From Anthoceros angustus (lineage: Eukaryota; Plantae; Anthocerotophyta): a DNA stretch of 64,000 nt. The translations under genes were made by a program, and so were the position numbers. The notes under the pieces are model-generated. The model had not been told where the DNA came from. It saw only the letters and a program-made list of their open reading frames with translations, and did no database searches. The stretch lies in assembly GCA_010909165.1 (NCBI GenBank), contig MU008157.1:1-64000 (forward strand), given 5' to 3'. Positions 24,088 through 35,089 of the stretch are shown one piece after another; the stretch's first letter is position 1; every line of letters starts with the position of its first letter.

Positions 24088-25720
24088 GATGAGGATGGTG
24101 ATGTCTTAATTCCCTTTACCAAGGATCCTCAGGTGTTTGATCATACACCAAGGAACATGAATTTGTATTCACGTGGAGCGTAGTCCTATTGGCCACAGGC
24201 GCACTCGGAGATTTGCATCCAGATGCGTTGTTGGGGTTTGTTAAACTTGGTGGTGGCCCCCAATAATCAGGCCTTTACCTTCGCGAAGCCTATCAGCAGG
24301 CGTCAGCAACCTCAAGCTACTTCGACTTAATTTCTTTCAACCTACTCCTCATTCTCCAACAAATTGCCTCAAGATCCGCCACCACACAACTACACCTATG
24401 CCAAACATAAAATCTAACAACTACAAAACTCCTTCTTGGCACTAAAACACCTAGCACCAACAAGCCAAAGACATCAAAATCAGCTACCCCACTCAAACTC
24501 GATCGGCTCTTGGCTCCCTTCATGCGAGCCTCCACTATCCATCTGACAAGAAGCAAGCCATGCCCTCTTGGCAACCATGGCATCCTTGCTACAAGCATCT
24601 TCCATAACCCTAGAGGAAGAGGGTTTCCCTTCTTTCTTCTCCATCCGCACCTATCATGGCGCCTCATCCTCATACTCCATCGCCTCCCTTGAGCGCCCCT
24701 ATCGACCCACCACCTGGCTCCACTCCTTGGGCATCCGCCGCCCAACACCATCTCCACTCTTTGTAATGCCACCTCTCGTCACCACCATCCGGACCTCACG
24801 GAGGTAAGGCCACCCCTACATCGGTGGGCCGGCCTATTCGTCCCTACACTTATAAGATAACTCTATTGGAGGCATTAGGCCCTCACGCCCACTCACCAAC
24901 TCGGATCATCGGCCAACCACTTCCTACTGAGGGTTAGCCCTTCTACCTAATTAGTTTTCCCTACATCCTACCTGGGAGCCAAGTTCCTACAAGATTTTAA
25001 TTTCGCCAATGTAACCCCCAAAATTAGTATTGATCGTATGACAATTCTCTTCCACTTCACTCTAGTTCTCTCCGGTTTGCTCCAAATTAATCCTTTTGAT
25101 CCAAAAAGTAGAAGTGCCCAAACTTTCGTTCCATGAAGCCAGTATCTGGTGGGGCGATGGTGAGCCAAGGGCACTAATTTGGTGGGTTGGAGCCTCAAGA
25201 TCGTTCGAGCCCCATTCGGGCTTGTGCAACTTGATTCAAGCTACAAACAATCACGGAGATCTCTTGCCGACTCTCTAAGACCACACCAATCTTGAGAAAA
25301 TCTTTCCAAGTGCATGAAATACCGTATCTGACAAGCAGGGAATATCGACGAGCAAGTCAAGAATCGGAATATACAAGCTAGTCACATTATAATAAAGTAT
25401 TATTAAGGGAAATGAATGGTATGTACAGTCCTAGAATGTTGCCACGTTAATCGGAACCTCCATCACCTCTACTAGCTAGAACGAACAATGGTAGCCAAAC
25501 AACCGTAATTCGCGGTTCTTGCGCCCATGTTCCACAAAAGGAGCAGCATCATGATGGTGCGCAACCACCACCATCTTGGTTGTGAAGCTCGCGATGCACC
25601 AACCCTTCTTCAATGTGGCCTTCGCGAAGCATGCCGCCAGTGGCATGCCAATAATATCATGAATATGTTGAAAGGACTACATCATCGCCGGAGGTTGTGG
25701 AGGATGCATCACGGTGTCGT
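24088..25720 (+). pseudogene. Decayed L1-type LINE RT fragment, unit 2
   Basis: SLGIRRPTPSPLFVM at ~24725-24770 and FPTSYLGAK at ~24955-24985. Confidence 0.55.
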
Positions 25721-26671
25721 ATAGACTATAGTCTAGAGCTTATTGATGACATTTTGTTTTGGTGATTAAAAGTAAGAAATTTAGGTGTCAACATAACTCT
25801 AAAAAGAGAAGGTATTTCTTTTTAGTACAAGCTATAGGCTAGAGCTCATTGATGACATTTTGTTTTGGTGGCATAAAAGTAAGAAACTTAGATGTCCAAC
25901 AAATAAGTCTAAAAAGAAGGTATCTCATTTTACTACATAAAGTCTTTGTTGCTCTTCATTTATAAAAGAAAAATAAGGTATCTAGAATAGATGCATCCAA
26001 CAATAACATCTAAAATGGAAGTCACCTAGATTAAAGGTGTTAAAGAAAGAAATCTAAACATGAAATTGCCTAGATTAGAGGTGTACAAGAAAGAAAACTA
26101 AAAATAAAAATTGCTTAGATTAGGCGTGTCCAAGAAAGAAATCTAGAGATTAGAATGAGAAATGCTAGAAGGTATTTATAAGGAAAGATTACAAGAATGA
26201 GTAGCTTCTAATAAAAGAGCTCTTGGAGGAGTATAAATATTGCGTAAACCACGTCATACATTCAAACATTCATTTGTAAGATTTACCCCGCATGTCTTCA
26301 AGTTAGTTGTGGACTTAGAGCTTTGCCCTTTGTATGAGATGTTCGTTTTTTTTTCTCCTTGAGCAAAAGATATATTAGATTTTATTATGATATGTGATGT
26401 AACTTACTTAACTCAAGAGAAGCTCTCGCTCAAAGAAGTATTTCATATATTGAGATTTACTTTTGAACTAGGTCTATTTTTGTGTCCGCTTTGGACCAAA
26501 GCGTACTTTATAATATTTCTTCGCTTTCTCCTTGAAGAAAAAATTATTGACTTTTATTATGGTGTGTGACATAACTTCTTGAACTTGAGGGAAGGTCTCA
26601 CGCGCAACAATAAGTTATGAGAAATCTAAAAGTAATTAAAATATATATACCAAAGCATTTGCTTAGCCACA

Positions 26672-27475
26672 ATGACTTTGGCAAACCAAGTCGATGCACC
26701 TTTTATAAGACAAGTATGGGGTTACAATCTTGAGCAAGAATTAGACTTTATCCGCCATTATTGATCAATATCGATAATAAGTATAGATACGGAATTTGCA
26801 TAGTGGTGGTGCCCGATGTTATTACATAGAAGACTATGAATACCAAATGATCAAAGGTAATGTGGATAGACTAAGGTTAATCCAACTAGGGCTTACATTT
26901 GATTTTAAAATGCAAAGCTGCGCTTTTGTAAAGAACAGGCGAAGTTTGGTATGGCAATTCAATTTTAGAATCAACCTTGACCAAGATATGTATGCGTAAG
27001 ATAGTATAAATCTTTTATGAATAGTTGGTATAGATTTCGATCAACACCGGATAATGGGCATAGATGTTCAACAGCTTTGGATACTATTCAAACACCGCAA
27101 CATATTACATAATCAAAATTTGCAATGGATTGGTTTCCACCCAACCTACGATTTTGCCTTACTTGCAAAAAAACCATCACAGTGGTCAAGAATTACCGGA
27201 GACAAGAGAAATTTCTTTGTTTTGTTAGCTAATTATTTTCCTAATATATTTGACGTCAAATACATTATGTGTTGGACAAGTAGTTTAAGTATATTAGCAA
27301 AAGTACTAACAGGAGACTGGGACTTGTCATCAAGCAGGTGTCCAGATTCCTATTGACTTTTCATGTATTTCATAAAAATATGTGAAAAGTGGCCCATCTT
27401 TCAAGATGGACGCCTATGTATTATAAGGATCAATATATATCGGATTAAGTCCATATAAAAATATTTTTAAAATAA
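26672..27475 (+). CDS. CAF1: CAF1-like deadenylase, copy 2 (frameshifted as assembled)
   Basis: DTEF, QLGLTF, WQFNFR, FHPTYDFA and CHQAG motifs. Confidence 0.85.
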
Positions 27476-28764
27476 AATTATTTTATTAATGAACTTAGTT
27501 CTATAAACATATTTTATCTTACTATCATCATGCGTATTATCTAGCATAAATTCTTCAACCCTATACAAGATGCATGTGTTCAATTGCTCTTTCTAACTCT
27601 ATTGTCCCCAATGTGGAAACACATTGATTTGGGCCCCTTTATCATTTTGATCTAGTTTGTTTCATTTTGGTTCACCGATCCAAGGTGACCGCATCTATTA
27701 ACGGGTGCTTTTTTGAGCCATTTAGGGAAGTTTGGAACAAGGAGAGGAACTTAGAAGTTTCGTGATAGGTAGACTAGTTGGTAGGATAGGAGGATGTCCT
27801 TCCCAAGTAGGTCGAGGTCGATGCACACTTCAAATGAATGTAGCGGACTTTGCAGCGACAAAAGGACTACCTAAGGCAACCCACGAACGACATAGTGTCA
27901 CCGGGATTAACAAGACCATCGATCGACTTATCTTAATCAAGATGCGCCAAGAAGAACAAGATGCCCACAACTTCATGATCAAGCCACACAGTGAGTGGCA
28001 CAGTAGCTAGCAGTACTGGGCATCCACGCAAGGCACACCTCCTATGTAACGCAAGTGCATGCTCGCCAACGGTGCCGCACCGCTCACACACGCTATACGA
28101 GATCGCCCTGGATGAAGCATAAAGTTAATCAAGTCGACTCACAACTTCATTTCCACCATAGCCATACCATTGGCAGTTTGTGCGATTTAGTCGCTTGGAA
28201 GGGGCACATCCGCTCGAAGATAAAGAAGTTCGACCTCCTCGCCACTTTGGAGGTAGCGCCATTGGGGCGATCAACACGCTGACTTTCTCGCATCCTCGAA
28301 TCGAGCTTGCGCGGCTTTTCCATCTTCACGCCTGCGGCTCTTCCGGAGCCCGCTTATGTGAGCGATCGCTTAGGAGGCGAGCACGCAAAGATGCAAGCAA
28401 AATTGCGTGGCAAGCTCTAGGCAGCGATCACGCGCATGCAAACCATCGCGAGGGGGCGCGGACAACAAACGCCCATCGCACTCGAGCGCATCGTGGAGAT
28501 AGCGCTTTTTTGTGTTTCGCACCTCAGCCGCCACTACTGTGATAAGGTCCGAGTTAGGTCCGAGGGCATATTGGAATCACAAGCATGCTAAGCGACACCA
28601 ACTCGTGGTTATGACTGATCGCGGGTTAACTTACATGAATAATGATTCATTAGGTTATTACGTTATTAGGTTTTAAAACATTACTCACTTTTCTTTATTG
28701 TTTTATTAAACCCTAAATGGGTTATCTTTTGCCTACCCACATCGCTCGTGTTTTCCTCGCTCAA

Positions 28765-29045
28765 GGATGAGGATGGTGATGTCTTAATTCCTTTACCAAG
28801 GATCCTCGAAAGGTGTTTGATCATACACCAAGGAACATGAATTTGTATTCTACTGGCGTGAGTCCTATTGGCGCATAAAGACTCAACAAGCGGAGATTTC
28901 CTGATCCCATGTTGTTGGGGTTTGTTAAACTTGGTGGTGGCCCCCAATAATCGGCCTTTACCTTCGCAGTTTATCAACTGTCAGGCAAAGCAACCTCGCT
29001 ACTTCCTTGACTTAATTTCTTTCAACCTCTACTCCTCATTCCTCT
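28765..29045 (+). pseudogene. 5' part of the LINE fragment in unit 3, split by element A1
   Basis: Matches the corresponding parts of units 1 and 2 up to the insertion site and resumes at 42141. Confidence 0.55.
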
Positions 29046-29273
29046 CAGGAAGACCACATGTGCACTAACCCCGCTCCCAAGTGTCGATGAACGATTTTTT
29101 TGTTTTGGATGTGTTAGAATAGCAAAGTGCTTTGAGAATCATCTCGAGTCGTCTTTTATACGGAATGGTCCTTGGCCCTTGGAGATAATAATAATTTTTC
29201 GACCTTAGGTTTGACCCAGGGTAGAAATAGAGTCCTTGGGTATTGGGAATTTTAGAATAAAAGGTGTCTATAT

Positions 29274-31739
29274 ATGCTAGGGATGCTCACAATATGCCAC
29301 AGTAGTCAAGGGGTGGTGGCTAGTTCCACCACGGTGGCCGAGAACGGACGCATGCACTGTGGGGAATTTACAACCCTAGTGGCGGAGCGGGACTACCATA
29401 CCGGAGCGAATCGGGAGAAGGGCACACCCAAGATCATGAGGTCGCGACTTTCCGTGAGGGGCAATGGAGCGGAGTCAGCAGAAGAGGGGGCGCTGCAACG
29501 ACGCCAGCCAAATCCGCCTCACTGCAGGTGAGGAAGGCGCGACGATCGTGACAGAGGGCGGCGAGGAGAGAAATCGGGCGCCGCAAGTTCGCGAGGAGGC
29601 GTGGAAGGAGCGCGCGAGGCGGCTTCGTTTTTTTTCTCTCCACCAACTGCAGGGTAGTCGAGGTTTTGTTTTGGGAAACAACGAGAAGGAGATGGCGCCC
29701 GAGCCGCCGAAATCTCACTCACGCAGCGGGGCCCAACATGGACCATCGGAAAGTGAGAGTGGCACTGTGCGTGAGCCGGGTCAAGTTCATGGAGAAGAAA
29801 TGGTGCTACGACACCGCATTGGTGCAAGAGTGCGCCCGGCAATTAAGGACCAAGTCGCAAGAGGGTGACGCGAGGAAAAGGCCGCAGATCTGGATTTGGC
29901 CCTCTTCGAGCAAAGGTATGGGCGAGAAGCATCGAGGATGGGAGCTTGGTGATTGACCCCAAAGAAGACCTTGAGAGCAGCCGCGCATGAAGCCCGGGAA
30001 GTGAGAGTGAACAATGGGTGACTCGCCAACTCGTGTCTGTGGTGGGATTGGCCAAATGGATTTGTGTTTTTAACCTAAGGATCATATGGCGGATCACTTC
30101 TTGGTTTTTCTTCACGAGGTGGTCAAGGGTACACAAATTGATTGGGGAGGATGATTTTCAAAGAGCCTGTGAGGAGAAGGCGAATTTTACTCTCTCTTCC
30201 CTCGGCCCTCCTTGATTTCGCCTTTTCCGATTCATGTATTTGCGCATTCCGGTGTTTAACGAGTTGAAGTCGTCCGCATGGTTGGAAGCCAGGAACTCAA
30301 GGTAGAAGAGGAAGAAGAAGAAGGATTCGGCAAGGATTCCAAGCTTGGGAGTGCGCTCGGAAGGTTCTAAGAGGGTGGGGAAGTTTTCCAAGGGTAAGGC
30401 AAGGCGACACGAACGGGATCGGCGAAAAAGGGAGGACAGCAGGAGGAGGAACCCAGCCACACCTGTGGTCACCAGTCAAGACTCAGCAGAACGGTAAAGG
30501 AGGAGAAAATAAAGGAAATGGCAAGTTGCTCCTCCTGTGCAGGATGAATCGCCGCTAGGGGAGAATGAAGCGGGGAAGAGGCAAGGCGGCACCAACCCCT
30601 AGGAGAGGAGGGGTTAACTTCACCGAGACCGAACGAGCTCCGGACATTTTGGCGACATTTCACCGAACCGTCCCCGAGGTGGGGATAGGAGACACCGCGA
30701 CACGAGAATTGTTGTGGAGGCGGATGGGCAAGGGACAGCCCAATTTGGGGATTTGGTGGTTTGACTTCGCCATGGCACGACGCAGGATCTCCTCGATCAA
30801 GCCCATGGCTCTCACTGGCCGAGTGTGCAAGGCCAGGAGAAGTTGCTCAAGGAGAAGTTGGAGAGCCCGAAGGCGAGAGCAAGGCGAGGAGCGCAGACGG
30901 AGTGCGGCCTTATGCAAGGCAGAGCGGACATGTCCACTCACAGAAGCTTTAGTAAATCAGTCAAGATGCTACAATTGAAGAGCTTCAAGATGAGGTCTCA
31001 TGAGTAGGAGCAGGTGGAAGCGATGGCGCCTTGGAGAAAATTCAAGAAGCGGAGAGGTACAAGCGGAAAGAGACGGCTAGGGCCGAGTCAAGAGAGAGGT
31101 GGCCAAACCAAGAAAGGCCGAGCAGCCACCGCAGAGCCAAACAACCACCGTGGAAGTAACCACCACGGTGGCTAAACCAGCCACCGCCGTGAACGGGAAC
31201 CGAGGTGGGGAAGTCACCGAGGAGTGTCGCAGATGGAGGGATGATCCGGAGAATCAACACGCCCAGGATTGTCCACGGAGGAGAGGGTAAGGACCTCAGA
31301 CGTATGGACAGTACGGCCGGATGAGGATGCTCATGTCCTGCCGCGCATGGTGAGCGGTGCTCACTCTAAAGCATGTGGTTGTTGGGACGGAGGGGCGTAA
31401 ACCACCGGGTCAGACATCTTGACGCCACGGCTACGCTGGTTCCTTCGAGTAGGAGCGGCGCCTATCCTCCGCAAGTGGTGCCGGAAGAGATGAGCGAGGC
31501 GCAGGAGCATGGAGGAGGAGCACAGTATGGTTGTCCAAATGAGGAGGAGCGGGACAATGGACATAGAGGACAAAGGCCGCGTGGAAGGCGCGAGGGAAAT
31601 TCAGGAGAGTGAGGAGGTGGAGGTGGGGAAAATCGCTCGGATCGTAGGCGAGGCCAAGAGCGAGGGGTCCCCATGGGCCGAGGGCGAGGCAAAGAATCGC
31701 GGAGGGCAGGCTGATTTTAGGGGAGTCGCGATAGCCTAG
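29274..31739 (+). CDS. LTR-borne accessory ORF of family A (~800 codons, frameshifted in this consensus)
   Basis: GPNMDHRKVR (~29730), FMEKKWCYD (~29790), EDGSLVIDP (~29935), DHFLVFLHEVVKGTQIDWG (30092-30148), then a coiled-coil-like QEKLLKEKLES region, ending GVAIA* at 31739. Homologous to the family B LTR ORF. The start codon is uncertain. Confidence 0.72.
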
Positions 31740-31865
31740 GACCGGGTTTTTTCGAGGGAGGGGAGTTCCATCACCGTAGAGTTGTTGCTTAGATTGGTGG
31801 GGCGCCGTGGTAGGAGCTACAATTTTAGACACTAAAAGAGAAGTGAGCCGTTGGACCACGCCATG

Positions 31866-31873
31866 TATAAGAG
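31866..31873 (+). promoter_or_regulatory. Putative TATA box of LTR A (TATAAGAG)
   Basis: Also at 41293, 54135 and 63387; the same 8-mer sits in the equivalent place in family B. Confidence 0.5.
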
Positions 31874-33078
31874 ACCCTGGGTGTCTCTCAAGGCACGATT
31901 TCGTGTGTGAACTTCCGTATCGAACCGAGTGGGGTTGATTGAGACGTCAAGATCAAACGGTTCGCACCGCCTTCGTCACAAGAAGGCCGGAAGATCTCGG
32001 ATGGTCGAGAGCGGAGTGGCCAAGCTCCACTGGGTAACGGTGGCGCCACGAAAGAGGTAGGATTGCCGCGGACGGCCGAGCGGAAGGAAGGCGAATCGCC
32101 CAAGCACCGACCGGGTTTTCCCCGATCCTCTTTCCAACCGCCCACCAGTGTGTTCATTCCATGAGAGAGGGTCCGTGGTCAAGGGGTCTGTGGCCCAAGG
32201 GAAAAGGGGTCTGTGGCCCGTGAGACGAGGGAGAGTTCATTGGGAAGGGAAAGGTTCCAAGGGTAGTGAGTGCGCTACTGGGAGGGATTGTGAGAGTGTG
32301 TGAGGGAAAATCGAATGCGAGAGGAGTGGAAGCGTGGTGGATCGCAGAAATTCCTGGTGAGGCGATATAGGTATCCGTATGCCCATAGCCCCTAGGTCCG
32401 TGTTAGAGAAGCCGTAAGACTCAAAGGCGCGGCGGGCCCGCCATGTGGCGAACCGCCACCGCGGTGGCCGAGTCTACCACGGTGGTGGGTTTGGGCGGTA
32501 GCTGGAGAAGGTGGGGTAGTGAGCACGCAGGTCTAGAATCCATAGATTTAGCACACCTTGACACAACACCATTCCCTTGGGATCGAATCCTAGGACTATA
32601 ACGACATAGAGGGTAAATGTGGCCTCTTTGCCTTGGATGCAAAACCCATTCCACATTTTTGCTGCCGGGAATGAAACTGCTGGTTATAGGGGACTAACCA
32701 TAGCTTAGGTGTCTAGTTTTGGAGTGTATCTAGTTAGGTAGATGGATGCCACGGTTGAGTCGAGGGTTCGAGTCAAGTCGGACGGAAGGCCACACGAGAA
32801 GCGACAACGCCAAGCAATCGGAAAGGTTAAAAGGGTTGCAAAACCGAGTTGAGGAGGGTCCACCGGAAGACGCACCCGCTGGAAGGAGAAGGAGGTAAGG
32901 AAGCAAGGGACGGGGTCCGATCTTGTTGGAGCAAGATCCCCAACCTCGGACTTGGACGAGGTACCACCGCCAAGGAACCTAATTCCATCCACCGACCTCT
33001 CTTCCAAGTGTGCATCGCTGGAGATCAATCGACTCGCAGAACCGTTGTTGGACCAACCACGTCAATAGAACGATAGTC

Positions 33079-35000
33079 ATGACCACCACCACGTGGTCAC
33101 CACCAAGCAACCTTATCAGTATGGAGAGGGAAGGGGTATGAAGACCGATGAATTTGTTGAGCGCTTTGAGGACATTTGCAAAACCAGAAGCGGAGATGCA
33201 CAGCATTCATTGTTCTGGAGTTCTTCGGGGTCCAGTAAGTGGTATAGGCGCGAATACCTCAAGTCACCACACCTCCAAAGAACCTATGAAGAATTAAAAC
33301 CGCCTGTGAAAGGTCTGGGGCTTGACGAGGGATACGTGTTGTCCAAGCTTGAAAACCGCAGAGAGAAGAAGGAAACCTTGCAGCGTATGTGGAGAGGTTT
33401 CACACGCGATCAAGTGGCCCTCACTCGAGTTGCTGCAATACGGTGGTTCGCTAAAGGCTGGGTTCTAAGATGGGGAGACACGAAGGTTACAAGCGGAGAA
33501 GAATTTGGGCAAGGCTATCAAGGCGGCGCTAAACTATGAGGAATCCAACCCGCAAGGGAGGAGGAAGGCTAAGAAGGAGAAGAAGAAGCCTGATGGAAAA
33601 AGAAGGATTCCTCATCCTCCTCGGAAGGAAGTTCATCGGTGAAGAAAGCTCCATGAAGATTCCATGAAAGTTCCTCGGAGGAGGAAGAGGAGGAAGGCCA
33701 TCGATGAGGAGCGCCAAATGGAAAAAGAAAATGAAGGGTCGTGCACGGGACAACAAGGAGCTGGCAAGGGCAAAACAGGAGGCGATGTACGCGAAAAAGG
33801 ACGCGGAACAAGCGAGGAGGGAGGCTGAGGTGGCAGCCAAGAAAGTAGAACAACAGGGGAACAAGATGGAGGAGATGATGGCAAAATTCGAGAAATTCCA
33901 TCTTAATGCGGTCAAGGAACATGAGAGGCGGAGAGCTGTCACGAACCCACGAGCCAACCTCTTCTGTTCAACGTGTGGGCAGCAGGGACACTCCAAAGCT
34001 AATTGTCCGACGACAAGGGTACACCTGCTGGGATATGAGGAAGAGGAGGAAGAGGGTCCGGTGGAAGATACATATCAGATCCAGGAGGTTCAGCCAACCC
34101 AAGTGTACCCAAAAACCATGTACCCGGCCAACCTACGTAACTCCACGGGGTAGGCTCAGAATCACCGGGCGGGTAACAATCCAATGGGCACCGTGCTATA
34201 ATTGTCGCAACCTTGGACACTATGCATGCCCTTATCCAACTCCAAGGCAATGGAGATTTTGATAAACTATGTCAAGATTGCAGCAGGGCATTTGGGTGGA
34301 AGTGTGCTCGCCAAAGCCCCGAAAGACGGTGAGGATCGCCACCACCCGTAACGGAGTTCGCCAAACCCAAGTCCGGTCCGCCATGCATGTTGAGGATGCA
34401 CTTATGGCGGTATGGGAGGATGCCGAGATTGGAACCCCGAGGAGCTTGGAGGGATTAGACGCAGGAAGCGATTATTATGGGGAAGCCTCCGCCATGGTCG
34501 TAGAACAAGGAGCACAAAAGCAAAAGAGAGGCGTGGGGAAAAAAGAAGAAAGGAGGCGGATACGACCACGGATCGATGAGGGAGAGAGTGTCGCCACCAA
34601 TGGGAAATACCAACACCTGGAACGCCAAAGATTTAAAAAAAACAAGTCCTGCAGTGACTTGGCGGATGGACCATATGTGCAAAAGAGTGATGCGAGACAT
34701 TGAGTGTTCCAAGGAAAGGTGAATGAAGGTGCCGAAAGTCAAGGGGTGGAACCCTACCGATTTCAGAAAGTTACCGAGTTAGGGTTTCCACGGACGACGG
34801 GCGAAGTCATGGATATGATACAAGAAGAATTGGCAAGGAGGCTACGGGGAAAAGGGGGTGTCGATTTCCACCACCCTGTGGGAGTCCACCACCCCACCGG
34901 AAGGGCCACCGCACTAAGTCATGACGAAACCGGAACCCAACCAACCAAACTCGGATGGTCAAGGCCACCGCTTCTTCAATCTCGCCGAGGCCATCATGGA
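33079..35000 (+). pseudogene. gag: gag of A1, frameshifted
   Basis: DEFVERFEDIC, KAIKAALNYEESN, CSTCGQQGHSKANC, CYNCRNLGHY and a third CQDC..GHL knuckle. Confidence 0.85.
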
Positions 35001-35089
35001 CCAACATTTCATGATCACATTCGGACAACTCCTCCGAGACAATCCGATATAAATGATCGAGGGCGTTAAAAGAGGCGCAACCCAAAAGA

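Larger units (their letters stand above)
29046..32655 (+). repeat. 5' LTR of A1 (~3.6 kb)
   Basis: Direct repeat of 38438-42140, 51373-54891 and 60639-64000. Confidence 0.92.

Noticed and set aside
29274-31739. Calling the LTR ORF an envelope (env) gene
   Set aside because: I saw no convincing signal peptide or transmembrane segment in the conserved frame; only its position after pol in the genomic RNA is env-like.
33529-33996. Many 100-220 aa ORFs on the antisense strand of gag, pol and the LTRs
   Set aside because: They are Ser/Leu/Phe/Pro-rich shadows of purine-rich sense frames, are not conserved between families and show no motifs.
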